Virus record (IMG/VR): IMGVR_UViG_3300024999_000067
Coordinates: 1-64,000 of that record
Reading direction: 5' to 3' (one strand)
Length of the DNA: 64,000 bases
From: a virus
Shown here: positions 41,879-51,420 of the stretch, in pieces
How positions within the stretch are numbered: position 1 is the first letter of the stretch
Layout: every line of letters begins with the position of its first letter
Notes under the pieces: generated by a model
Told to the model about the DNA's origin: nothing
Seen by the model: the letters and a program-made list of their open reading frames with translations, nothing else
Database searches by the model: none
Made by a program: the position numbers and the translations under genes

Positions 41879-42765
41879 GAATTATTGCAACTGGTGATTG
41901 GCACATACGTGGTAAAGGACCACGTATCAGGAAAGATGATTATGCCGAAGTACAGTTTAACAAAATTAAATGGATCCGTAATTTAGCGAATGAACTAGAT
42001 GCCACCATTATTTTGGCAGGGGATGTATTTGATAAACCGTATTGTTCCCTGTATTGGTTAAATCGCTATATCTTTTTGCTGAAAACAGTAGAGAATGGGG
42101 TAGGTGGTATATTTGGTCAGCATGATATCTTTTACCATAACCCTGTACTGGATAAAACACCATATAATACTTTGTTGGCAGCAGGAGCAATAAGAGAATC
42201 CAATTACTTTGATTATGAATGGGAAGATGTATCGTTTGGACAAGAGCCACGTAACTTAGAAGGATCAGACTGTTTGCTAATCCATTTTCCGGTAACATTT
42301 AAAGAACCGCCTTTCTTTATGCCCGATGCTTTGTCAGCTAAACAGTTTATGAATAAGTATCCCCAGTACAAACTCATAGTTTCTGGTGACTACCACGATC
42401 ACCATATTACCAAGTACAAAGATCGGTTACTGATTAATCCTGGACCGATAATGAGAAGTGCCAAAGATAAAATGAACTATAAACCCAGTGTAACCTTTGT
42501 TGATACAGATACACTGGAATACAAAGTTTATTACATTCCCATAGAAGAAGATGTATTTGATCTGGATAAGATTGATAAAGACGATATGTCCTCTTACAAA
42601 CAGGACGTTAAGGAATTGGCACAAAGCATCAAGTTCCAAACACAGGGTAAGGAATACGAGGAAGTTCTCCAGATAGTTATAGAAGAAGCAAAAGCGGATA
42701 AGGTAACCAGAAAGATTATATCAGACATAATGGAGAAAGTACATGAACGACTTGGAACGAATTGA
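41869..42765 (+). CDS. Mre11/SbcD-like metallophosphoesterase nuclease
   Basis: GDWH, AGDVFD, GQHD, GDYH, NPG. Confidence 0.88.
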   Translation: MDMRIIATGDWHIRGKGPRIRKDDYAEVQFNKIKWIRNLANELDATIILAGDVFDKPYCSLYWLNRYIFLLKTVENGVGGIFGQHDIFYHNPVLDKTPYNTLLAAGAIRESNYFDYEWEDVSFGQEPRNLEGSDCLLIHFPVTFKEPPFFMPDALSAKQFMNKYPQYKLIVSGDYHDHHITKYKDRLLINPGPIMRSAKDKMNYKPSVTFVDTDTLEYKVYYIPIEEDVFDLDKIDKDDMSSYKQDVKELAQSIKFQTQGKEYEEVLQIVIEEAKADKVTRKIISDIMEKVHERLGTN

Positions 42766-42989
42766 AGATATAAAAAACAAACTGGAAAAGTCCAAGGAAA
42801 CTCTTGCAAATATTCGGGGTAAGATATCTGCTAAAGAGGATCAGTTAGTGGCAGCTGGTTTCAAGAAGTCTGATAATATTCTGGCGGACGTGGACAAGGA
42901 ACTGATCCGATTAGGGAAAGAGATAAAATCTGATACCGAGAAGCTGAATGAAATGATTGAAGACTTCAAGGTAAAGTTCCCAAGTATAT

Positions 42990-43610
42990 TTGAGGACTAA
43001 TATGGAAATAGCAACCGTAAGAGAAAAACTCAGGGACAAACGGTCAGAGAGAGCAATTCATAAAGATAACATTACCCGATTAAACAAAGAACTGGATACA
43101 CTATTTACTTCTACTGCTGGGCATATCAAAGCCAGGGAGTTGATGCAGAAAGCGGCAGAGTTGACCCAGAAGAATCTGGAAGAACACCTGTCTAAGATCA
43201 CGACAAAAGCTTTGGATATTGTCTTTGAAGAAGAGGCACCGAAGTTTATTGTCCGGTTTATCTCAAGGAGAAATGTATCGGAATGTGATATGTTCTTTTC
43301 AGATGATGGTATAAATGAAATGAATCCATTAGATTCTTGTGGATTCGGTGCAGTAGATGTAGCCAGTTTTGCTTTACGTGTTTCCATTTGGGCATTAAGC
43401 AAAACCAGAAACTGTCTAATCATAGATGAACCTTTCCGGAATCTGGATGAAGAACGTATGCCCAGAGCATCCCAGATGCTGAAGATTTTATCGGATGAAT
43501 TGCAGATACAAATGATAGTGGTTACCCATGAAACATATCTGGAAGATGCTGCCGATAAAGTATTTGTGGTAACCAAGAAAAACAAGATCAGTTCAGTAAA
43601 GGAGAAATGA
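42990..43610 (+). CDS. Rad50/SbcC-like ATPase, C-terminal half
   Basis: CGFGAVDVASFALR signature region, IIDEPF Walker B, VVTH. Confidence 0.8.
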   Translation: MRTNMEIATVREKLRDKRSERAIHKDNITRLNKELDTLFTSTAGHIKARELMQKAAELTQKNLEEHLSKITTKALDIVFEEEAPKFIVRFISRRNVSECDMFFSDDGINEMNPLDSCGFGAVDVASFALRVSIWALSKTRNCLIIDEPFRNLDEERMPRASQMLKILSDELQIQMIVVTHETYLEDAADKVFVVTKKNKISSVKEK

Positions 43611-43796
43611 TATGGCTTATCCACAAATAGTAATGGTTAAAGAAAAGATACAGCAAGTGATTGATTCTACAGAATGGGAGAAGTTTGATACCCCATTACT
43701 TATGGAAAAAGGAATAGAATTGCGTAGCAGTCTCATTATCGCTACACGGAAATGTGATAAGATATTGGATATTATTTTAAAGTATGGAGAATCAAA

Positions 43797-44531
43797 ATGA
43801 TAAATGAGGAATTCTGTTGTGTACGGGCAGCAACTATTGAAGATGCTTGGCGAGAAGCAATGTGGCTGTGTGTCAAGAAAGGATACGATTTTATGGTAAA
43901 AGGTGGATCATACGTCGGTCAGATTAGTAAGCAACTGGAAGACGTAAAGATTGTAATAGATAAACCGTGGATCAGGCCACTTGCTCCGATCTTACCGCCA
44001 GGTATTCCAGCACCGACAAGTGATGAAAAGATTGAAGAGTATTTTTTCCGTTATATTTTCGGTTCAGAGAAACGGGAAAACGAGGTTTATACTTACGGTG
44101 AGTTTATTTCCAAGCAATTAAGTAGAATTTTGGAATTACTCATATCATCCAATGGTAATACCAATCAAGCAACAATTTGTATTGGTAATGTGGAAACAAC
44201 TTTTCTTGACGATCCACCATGTCTAAGATCGATATCCTTTAAAGTAGTTGACAGTAAATTGAATATGACAGTATATTTCAGGTCATGGGACCTGTATGCT
44301 GGGCTACCAGAAAACCTTGGTGGGTTACAAAGGCTGAAAGAAATTGTACTTGAATACCTTTTGGATGCTGGTCTTAAAGTTGAAGATGGGAAGATAATTG
44401 CATTCTCAGACGGTTTGCATTTATATGACCAATACTTCCAGATAGTGGATACTTTGAATGTGGACAAGGTTCAAGTAGGGGCCCAAGCATTAAGAGATAA
44501 GCAAGAATTTCTATCCAAAGAAGGAATATAA
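43797..44531 (+). CDS. Thymidylate synthase-like protein (short, archaeal/anaerobe type)
   Basis: YTYG, DPPCL, FRSWDLYAGLPEN, LHLY. Confidence 0.85.
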   Translation: MINEEFCCVRAATIEDAWREAMWLCVKKGYDFMVKGGSYVGQISKQLEDVKIVIDKPWIRPLAPILPPGIPAPTSDEKIEEYFFRYIFGSEKRENEVYTYGEFISKQLSRILELLISSNGNTNQATICIGNVETTFLDDPPCLRSISFKVVDSKLNMTVYFRSWDLYAGLPENLGGLQRLKEIVLEYLLDAGLKVEDGKIIAFSDGLHLYDQYFQIVDTLNVDKVQVGAQALRDKQEFLSKEGI

Positions 44532-44990
44532 AGAGTTTCTTATGAGAGCCGAGTATCCGAAAAAGATGAACAAGGTTTGTCATGATTGTGGCAATAGGGC
44601 AGCAATAATGGTGCATAACTGGAGAGAAGCCAGAGACCGTTACTATTGTCCTACCTGTAGAGAGAGCAGGGCTAAAAAGGAATTAGAAATTTCTAAACCA
44701 GCTTTACCTAAAACAGAATTGGAAATATTTATATGGAAAAAACCAGAAAGGAGAAATAGAGAAGAGGAAGAGAAGGAATATTTATTGGCTTTACGGAAAC
44801 AAAAGGGGTTACGCTAATGGCAAATATTCAAGTGATACGGGCATTCAAAAGAGATGGTATTACTAAAGTATATAATTATACTGGTGATCCTATTTCGACA
44901 GGTCCTATCTATCCACTGAAACAGATAGTGATTAGTCCTACTCTGATTAGAGTTGTGGACGATCCACCTGATAAAGAGAAGAAAGATAAA

Positions 44991-45197
44991 TCATAATGGT
45001 GAAAAAGAAATAGCTTTGGTAGGGCAGGAATTGACTACCAAAGCTATTCCAGCTTTAACATCTTCTCGTTCCAATGCCCAATCGGATACGTCAATTCTTC
45101 CCTCATAGATAGTTTTGAATCTTGGCAAAATCTTTTCGCAAGAACCACAGTTTTCACATTTACTTTTATCCATTTTCAGAACGTGTTTATAATACAA
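44991..45197 (-). CDS. Ferredoxin (single [4Fe-4S] type)
   Basis: CENCGSC...SCPTKAI. Confidence 0.75.
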   Translation of the reverse strand: MYYKHVLKMDKSKCENCGSCEKILPRFKTIYEGRIDVSDWALEREDVKAGIALVVNSCPTKAISFSPL

Positions 45198-45209
45198 AAT
45201 AGTTCTCCT

Positions 45210-45725
45210 TTAATCGGTGTCTTCCGCACCATACAACAGGTTATTGGCTATTCGATCAGCCCAGCCTCTGGAATTCTCATGCCAGTTATCCAAGTCTTTC
45301 AGAAACTTTAGCCTACCAGCAGTAAGTCTCATTACTAGATCACTATCTGTAAAGCTAAGAATCTTTGCTCTGGTATATGGTCCTATTACCCCATCAGGTT
45401 CAACTTTCTCACCACCAATTACTATATTCATTTGACGTTGCAATTCTTTTACTGCTCTACGTATACCGCTATGAACACCAAAATCAATCAACTGGAAAGT
45501 GATTCCGTCAGGGAGTTGCCTTGAAGATATAGGAGCAATGAAATCCCGCTCGTATATTACTGCGGCATCTTCAAGTGACAGGTTTTTGATATCTAGGTAA
45601 GGGTACGACCTTTTCGAGATACCCCACTTAGTTTCTCCCCCTGGATCAGCTTTAGGGGATCGATTAGAATAACCCCCTTCATGGCCGTTTATTCTGATAA
45701 GCCATTTCTTAATTTTTTCCTTCAT
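45210..45725 (-). CDS. Endolysin, glycoside hydrolase family 108
   Basis: HEGGYSN, DPGGETKWGIS, DGVIGPYT, GWADR. Confidence 0.92.
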   Translation of the reverse strand: MKEKIKKWLIRINGHEGGYSNRSPKADPGGETKWGISKRSYPYLDIKNLSLEDAAVIYERDFIAPISSRQLPDGITFQLIDFGVHSGIRRAVKELQRQMNIVIGGEKVEPDGVIGPYTRAKILSFTDSDLVMRLTAGRLKFLKDLDNWHENSRGWADRIANNLLYGAEDTD

Positions 45726-45726
45726 C

Positions 45727-46305
45727 TTAGTTCCTTATTCCCCTTGCATATTCCCGCGAAAATTTTAGTGCGGCATTCACTTTTTCTTTATTGTATGATA
45801 GTTTGTACCTGTCACAAATAGAAACGAATTTAGATATATATTCCGCATGAAATGAGATATTAGGAGGTAACCATTTATCTGGGCTACTATCCCCTTTTCC
45901 ACTATGAACAGTTCTGTTTACTGCCAAAAGATTTTCTACATCATTGGCAAATTCTTCTCTTTCTTTATCTGTCCAGTTCTCAGCACCATGTTCCCAGGCA
46001 TATTTCAATGGCACAACATGATCAATATCTAGGTAACTGGCTGAATAGAATATTTTACCAGAATATGGACATACCCATATACCTAGTTTAATATCATTTC
46101 CGACAATGGATATAAGGTAATTACCATTAGCCGTCTGAACAGATTGCCTTATCAATACATCTTCACGGGTATTGAAACCATTTCTGTCTAAATCAGACCA
46201 GTGTTTAAAGTGTTTAGTTCTATTATACTGTTCCGTATAGGCAAAACTTGGAAATAAAAACAGTACCAAAATACAGATGATTGCTCTACTCATTTTATAA
46301 ACCAT
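45727..46305 (-). CDS. Secreted HNH nuclease (DUF1524-like)
   Basis: Signal peptide; YNR..F.HW, DIDHVVPL, FAND.ENLLAV, KGD, WLPP. Confidence 0.8.
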   Translation of the reverse strand: MVYKMSRAIICILVLFLFPSFAYTEQYNRTKHFKHWSDLDRNGFNTREDVLIRQSVQTANGNYLISIVGNDIKLGIWVCPYSGKIFYSASYLDIDHVVPLKYAWEHGAENWTDKEREEFANDVENLLAVNRTVHSGKGDSSPDKWLPPNISFHAEYISKFVSICDRYKLSYNKEKVNAALKFSREYARGIRN

Positions 46306-46759
46306 TTATATCTTCAATAGGTTTTAATAGTGGCCGAATCCACTCCAGTACTTTAACCGCAGCAACCGAAGCTACAACTAAATATATAACAAGCCTTTGC
46401 CAATTTGCTTTCTTCCAATCTTCTAAAGCAAGAACTCTAGCCACCAATAAAGCAAGTTCTACTTTATCGGCTTTTGCATTCTCAACCTCTTTTAGTCTAC
46501 TATAAATTTCACCACGGCGAAGCTCACATTTATTGGAGCAACTGGTATTAGTCTTTTCAATCCTTTGCAGTTCTGTATCGATGGTTACTTGCCTAGCAGT
46601 GGTGGTTGAATTAATCAAATCTCGTAGAGCTTCCAATTTCTCTTTGATATTAGTAATCAACCTATCTTCAACTCTTCCTATGGATTCTTCCACCCGGCCT
46701 TCAAGCCTCTCCATAGCTTCGTAGACTGATCTACGTCTTTCCTCGGGGGAATCTTCCAT
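46295..46759 (-). CDS. Coiled-coil protein with C-terminal TM helix (lysis-module membrane protein)
   Basis: Coiled coil followed by LVIYLVVASVAAV. Confidence 0.5.
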   Translation of the reverse strand: MEDSPEERRRSVYEAMERLEGRVEESIGRVEDRLITNIKEKLEALRDLINSTTTARQVTIDTELQRIEKTNTSCSNKCELRRGEIYSRLKEVENAKADKVELALLVARVLALEDWKKANWQRLVIYLVVASVAAVKVLEWIRPLLKPIEDINGL

Positions 46760-46762
46760 GAA

Positions 46763-47227
46763 TTATTTCTCCAAAAGTTCGTTGAAATTCTTTCTCTTAA
46801 TCAGTAAATCCAACCATATTGGCAACTTTCCCTCAATTTCATTTAGATAGTTTTTGGATAAAGTACCATCAGCGCCAGCACTCAACGATTGTCCAATAAA
46901 AGTGATACCAGATTTCTTAGATGATATAAGAAATAATATTTCTGGTCTCACTCTCTTTGCTACCCCACAAAGGAAAACCCCTGTGGGGCGTAAATCTTCA
47001 TCGGTTAAATCAGCAATGACTAAATCTATATTTGGATCTTGTTCAATTATAACCATTGCCTCTTTATAGTCATGAACACATATAATGGTTTCTACTCCCA
47101 AAGATCGTAGGGAGGTACAGGTTTTTTCCAATTCATTATCGTTCTGCTCTACTACCATAATTATTAGATTTTTAACAGTACACATTGGCTGAGTCTCCAT
47201 TAGAAAACTGGTTGCATTACTTTTCAA
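46763..47227 (-). CDS. Response-regulator receiver domain protein
   Basis: IMVVEQN, DLVIADL, G..L, GADGTLSK. Confidence 0.75.
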   Translation of the reverse strand: MKSNATSFLMETQPMCTVKNLIIMVVEQNDNELEKTCTSLRSLGVETIICVHDYKEAMVIIEQDPNIDLVIADLTDEDLRPTGVFLCGVAKRVRPEILFLISSKKSGITFIGQSLSAGADGTLSKNYLNEIEGKLPIWLDLLIKRKNFNELLEK

Positions 47228-47477
47228 TCTGATCGGTTACCTCAACTTCAGGTTTTTTAAATACACCTGTAAGATTGGCGAGTTTAACCATAGCACCAAT
47301 AAATACTTCAACTGCTGGCCATACTGAATCAATTTCCTTAAAAATTACACTGAGACTTTCCCTGATGGAGGCAATTTTCTCCTTACCCCAACCAGAAGCA
47401 GGAATAAATTCTTCAATCTTCTGTACTGCTTCAATAATAGCTGGTACCATTTGCAAGAACATAAGTATGTATTTCAT
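47217..47477 (-). CDS. Holin-like or hypothetical lysis-region protein
   Basis: Amphipathic helices, GKEK motif, position. Confidence 0.4.
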   Translation of the reverse strand: MKYILMFLQMVPAIIEAVQKIEEFIPASGWGKEKIASIRESLSVIFKEIDSVWPAVEVFIGAMVKLANLTGVFKKPEVEVTDQIEK

Positions 47478-47794
47478 TTCGATTCCTCCACTAAAGGTCC
47501 AATTTTCAGGGCATCTTCCCCGCTTAACTTCCGTGTAGTAACTACAGTGATAATGATATTTGCTACCTGTAACAAACCAGCAATAGATCCAGAGGCAATA
47601 ATTATAGCTTCATCTGTAACCGGTAACTCTACGTCAATCACTTTCAATCCAAGAATGATTGCAGTCAGGATAAGAGCAATTTGATTGGTTGTGATGCTGA
47701 CATTCTTCCACCCTGCTGGATCGGAAACTTGTTGTCCCGCTTCCAGTGCTGTTTTGAATTTTCCCACATTTGCTATTAGAGTTCCCCATCTCAT
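47474..47794 (-). CDS. Putative holin (2 TM)
   Basis: Two hydrophobic helices, TTRK; upstream of endolysin. Confidence 0.5.
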   Translation of the reverse strand: MRWGTLIANVGKFKTALEAGQQVSDPAGWKNVSITTNQIALILTAIILGLKVIDVELPVTDEAIIIASGSIAGLLQVANIIITVVTTRKLSGEDALKIGPLVEESK

Positions 47795-48091
47795 AATATG
47801 CCTTATCTCCTATAATCAGTTTAATGTAATCGTTTCCAGTCATTGTTCTTGGTTGACAAGATATACAAATAATTCCGATCAACCAAACAATAAATCTCAT
47901 TTCTTTTTATTCTTCTGGAATAACTGTTTTATCCATTTCACCACTTTCTTGATATCTACTTTTATTCCAATTACCTTGTCTTTCGGTGGGGGAGGATAGT
48001 CGTTCATGAGTTTCCTCATTTGGATAATTGCATACTGGGCATTTAGACCCACCAACATATAAATGATGGCAGGTCTTGCAGATATTAGCCA

Positions 48092-48721
48092 TTAGTTGTC
48101 AGTTACTGTAACAGGAGTATCTACAATATCTATTCCACCAGGAACTACAGGGTCAGCCACTGGTGTAGTAGTATCAAAGCCTCCACTTGTAGTCGCTGTA
48201 CCTTCTTCCCCAGTATTAGTCACATCCGTAACTGTTTCTGTATTGGTCCTGGAATTAGTAACCGTAGAATCTCCTCCACCAGTATCAATATTTGACGTAC
48301 TCCCAGCATTCTTACCAATACTGTCTACAATCTCTGTGGCGGCCCAGGCTCCCGCTACCCATTTCAAGGTATTCAATACTCCACCACCTAGGACTTGAAC
48401 ACTTCTGTTTCTGTTATTGGAATCGGCAATGACTACATCATTCAGATTCGTCCCCCCACCACATGGATCGATCTGCTTACCAGTAAGTGCTCCAACAAGT
48501 TGTGCTGTAGCCTTCTGCTGCTCAATCATGACGATTGCCATATCTGACAACTTATTGTAATCTGGGCCATTCATCGCCAGGGCTTGATAGCAAGCTGTCC
48601 GGGAATTTTCTTTGTTCATCTCAACCTGGAGAAGACCATCGTCAGGTGCGAACTTATGCATACTACACCCAGTCAATAGAACAATAACAGAAAGTAACAG
48701 TACAGTAGCAACTCTTTTCAT
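48092..48721 (-). CDS. Lipoprotein with Thr/Gly-rich tail
   Basis: Lipobox LLTGC. Confidence 0.7.
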   Translation of the reverse strand: MKRVATVLLLSVIVLLTGCSMHKFAPDDGLLQVEMNKENSRTACYQALAMNGPDYNKLSDMAIVMIEQQKATAQLVGALTGKQIDPCGGGTNLNDVVIADSNNRNRSVQVLGGGVLNTLKWVAGAWAATEIVDSIGKNAGSTSNIDTGGGDSTVTNSRTNTETVTDVTNTGEEGTATTSGGFDTTTPVADPVVPGGIDIVDTPVTVTDN

Positions 48722-48732
48722 AACAATCTCCT

Positions 48733-49236
48733 TTAATAGTAAAATGAAACTCGGGATGGATGTCTTCCAAATGGTGAGTGAGCAAATGTATTCGTTCTAT
48801 CTTTTGCATTCTTTACTACGAATCCATTGTGTTCACCACTACTTATTCTATTCGCTTTACCTAACTGTACTCTATACCCCTGCCTTGGTCTATCCGAGAA
48901 TACAACTATGGCAGTACCACTTCTAAACATGGGGAATATACGGAATGCTTGACGACCCCCATTGGCAACCCTGTATGTATTTGCACTCTTTACCGCAGAT
49001 GCAAATTGACCAGCACCTGAATAAGGTACAGGAGTAGCTTCTACCCACTGTACTCCTTCAAGTTCCGCAGCATCAATATCCTGTTCAATTGCTCTATCTT
49101 CATCATCTTTAGCAAATGGGTCATACTTTGCAGTAGTATCTCCTGGCCCTGTCTGTTTGTTATCATTATCGCTGGAACAGGCAGTTACCAAAAATAACGA
49201 TAACACTGATAGCACTAAAACCATTAATCTTTTCAT
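48733..49236 (-). CDS. Lipoprotein
   Basis: MKRLMVLVLSVLSLFLVTAC lipobox. Confidence 0.7.
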   Translation of the reverse strand: MKRLMVLVLSVLSLFLVTACSSDNDNKQTGPGDTTAKYDPFAKDDEDRAIEQDIDAAELEGVQWVEATPVPYSGAGQFASAVKSANTYRVANGGRQAFRIFPMFRSGTAIVVFSDRPRQGYRVQLGKANRISSGEHNGFVVKNAKDRTNTFAHSPFGRHPSRVSFYY

Positions 49237-49246
49237 TCTGATCCTC

Positions 49247-49747
49247 CTACTGTAACGAATTCCATAAAGCAAAACTCCCACCAATTACGCCAAACGTACC
49301 GTATATCCAATTTCTGTATTCCTGCTGTTTCGGATGATCTTTTAAATAAAATTCGGCCATCCAAATAACAAATGAAGTTGCAACCACTTTCGAAGCAATG
49401 ACTACTCCTTTTTCTGGGTTTGTTCCAAATAGAGGATTTGCTTCAATGTACCCATCATCAAGCTTGTCGAATGTAGTTAACGTATCCGCAACCTGTCCTG
49501 CTACTGCTGTTCCAAGCCAAAACTTATTCCAATTAGTAAAAAGTACTTGAGTATTTGAAGTATCTACTTCCTTTTTCGGTTCTATCAATCCCATTGGTTC
49601 TACTGGAACCACAAACATTTCTTCGATAGGTAATTGTTCTACTGGCTCAAGGTATACTTTTCCACACCCTATAAGCTGCGAAATAACGAGTATTACAGCA
49701 ATGCCCCAGAGTATACCAGATACTATCTTTTCAGTTCTGCTTATCAT
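49247..49747 (-). CDS. Putative lipoprotein / membrane protein
   Basis: LIGC lipobox; AD..TT...IEANPLFG membrane domain. Confidence 0.55.
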   Translation of the reverse strand: MISRTEKIVSGILWGIAVILVISQLIGCGKVYLEPVEQLPIEEMFVVPVEPMGLIEPKKEVDTSNTQVLFTNWNKFWLGTAVAGQVADTLTTFDKLDDGYIEANPLFGTNPEKGVVIASKVVATSFVIWMAEFYLKDHPKQQEYRNWIYGTFGVIGGSFALWNSLQ

Positions 49748-50142
49748 TTCCCTGTTTCCAACTCCAAATTTAGTACAGCCAAATCTAGCAAAGGTCTTAC
49801 TTCAATCTTTGACTGCTCGGCAAAGTGGAGCAAATCTATTAGTAGACCAAGAATATCTGTTTCCAGCTTATCTTCACTAAATCCATCTGTATCTGGTGGT
49901 ATCCATGCGAGTAGTGCTTTCTTTGCGCGTTCAGCACGTTCCTTATTAACGTACTTCATCGCAGACTTTCTACCATGTAAAGCGGCATGAACGATGGTAC
50001 TTGAACTTACTTTCTGCATTTTACATAGGTCCAGCAAGTTGCCACAAGAGAGCAACCAATTCGATGATCAGCACTACAAGCAAGATATTAATTGCTCGAT
50101 TCATGGCACCATGTCCTCCACTATCGTTAGGTTATATACCAA

Positions 50143-50562
50143 TCACACTACATCATCGATATCTACATTCATTACTTCTTCCTTGGATTTTGCCTCTTTG
50201 ATTTTCTCCTTAGCGGCAAAGTATCCATCCTTTACATGCTTCATAACAGGCATCGCGTCAAACTCCAGTACATCCATTACAGCAGACGCACCACCATATC
50301 CGGCAAGCATTTGAGTAACGTAGTTGTCCAGTCTGGCAATGATCATAGGATCTTTAATAATCCCAGAGGATACTGCATAGCATAGAAGCACCCCGCGAAG
50401 AACATCGGTTATATTATCTTCGCAATCTCCTATTTCTGCTGCTAGTTTCTCTCGCATTTTGATTTTCAAGAATCTTTCACGAGACAGTTTATCTAATTCA
50501 ATATCAGTCTCTTCACCTGTAAGGTATTTGCCGTACACTTGAAATTCTTCTACTGGTAGCAT
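50143..50562 (-). CDS. Hypothetical protein, possibly a tail-fibre chaperone
   Basis: GGAGG RBS; C-terminal IKEAKSKEEVMNVDI resembles fibre-assembly proteins. Confidence 0.4.
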   Translation of the reverse strand: MLPVEEFQVYGKYLTGEETDIELDKLSRERFLKIKMREKLAAEIGDCEDNITDVLRGVLLCYAVSSGIIKDPMIIARLDNYVTQMLAGYGGASAVMDVLEFDAMPVMKHVKDGYFAAKEKIKEAKSKEEVMNVDIDDVV

Positions 50563-51212
50563 AATCCTAACCTCCCTTGATGTGATTGTGGTAGACGACT
50601 CACCATTGCAGCGTTATTCAAAATAACAGACTTTAGTATTTTTATACTACTAGTCTTTTGTGAATGTGCAATTATAGATCCAACTGTAATTATATTTCCT
50701 TTAAGTACTGCCTTCTTAAATTTACATAAACTATACTTACGGATCAATCTGTGAGTAGGCCACGTTCTATACCCAACAAAGTTTATACCGTCAGCAACAG
50801 TTCTTTTCGACCATTTGGATAAATGCAGGTGTAGTCTAGTAAACAAATACTCTTCAATATTCTTTCTGGCCATGGAGGCTTCAGCAGATGACATTCCTAT
50901 TAGTACCATATCGTCAACATAGCGGACATACCTGCATATTTTAAGTTTTCTTTTAATATAATGATCTGCAGGATTTAGATAAATTAAAGCGTATAGCTGT
51001 GATAGTAAATTTCCTAATGGGATTCCCTTACCCATTCCTAGGCAAGTGTAAAATTGTTTCATTACGCTAAGCAGCTGTTCATCTTTTATCTTATTTCTTA
51101 TTAATTTTTCAAGAACTATTCTATCAATAGAAGGAAAGAATTTTCTTACGTCAAGATGAAGTGTGTAAAGACTTTTAGAACAATTTTTCATAGAAAAGTA
51201 AGCGTAATCGCA
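50550..51212 (-). pseudogene. DGR reverse transcriptase, N-terminally truncated
   Basis: LDVRKFFPSID, GIPLGNLLSQ (DGR-type SQ), YVRYVDD, FVGY; frame closed by TAG 10 codons upstream of the Met. Confidence 0.85.
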
Positions 51213-51273
51213 TAAGTTCTATATACTTATGCATTATTACTCCTTCTCTACTATACTTCTTTCCTGTAGACAT
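51175..51273 (-). pseudogene. Stub of DGR accessory gene avd fused out of frame into RT
   Basis: MSTGKKYSREGVIMHKYIELMRL starts just after the VR hairpin, where avd normally lies; stops after 32 aa inside RT sequence. Confidence 0.55.
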
Positions 51274-51280
51274 ATTACAG

Positions 51281-51300
51281 AGCCGCGCTATCGCGCGACT
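51281..51300 (-). promoter_or_regulatory. DGR target-recognition hairpin downstream of VR
   Basis: agtcgcgc-gata-gcgcggct (8-bp GC-rich stem with one G-T pair, 4-nt loop). Confidence 0.75.
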
Positions 51301-51420
51301 AGACAGGGTAACAGGCGGAGCGACCACCATAGTGCGCGTTAGAGAAGGAACGGATGCTGCCCAGGTAACGGAGCCAAACCCCGGCAAGCGAGCCAGCGTT
51401 CCAGTTCCCACTACCTATAA
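51299..51420 (-). other. DGR variable region (VR) with IMH-like 3' end
   Basis: GNWNAGSLAGVWLRYLGSIRSFSNAHYGGRSACY; variable codons mostly NNC/NNT; GC-rich relative to the rest of the gene. Confidence 0.8.

Noticed and set aside
50550-51191. RT as group II intron, retron or Abi RT
   Set aside because: The GNLLSQ motif with adjacent VR, hairpin and CLec target indicates DGR class; no maturase domain or msr/msd seen
49950-51300. A template repeat near the RT
   Set aside because: No AAC-rich copy of the VR found by eye on either side of the RT or elsewhere in the window; a computational self-alignment should confirm
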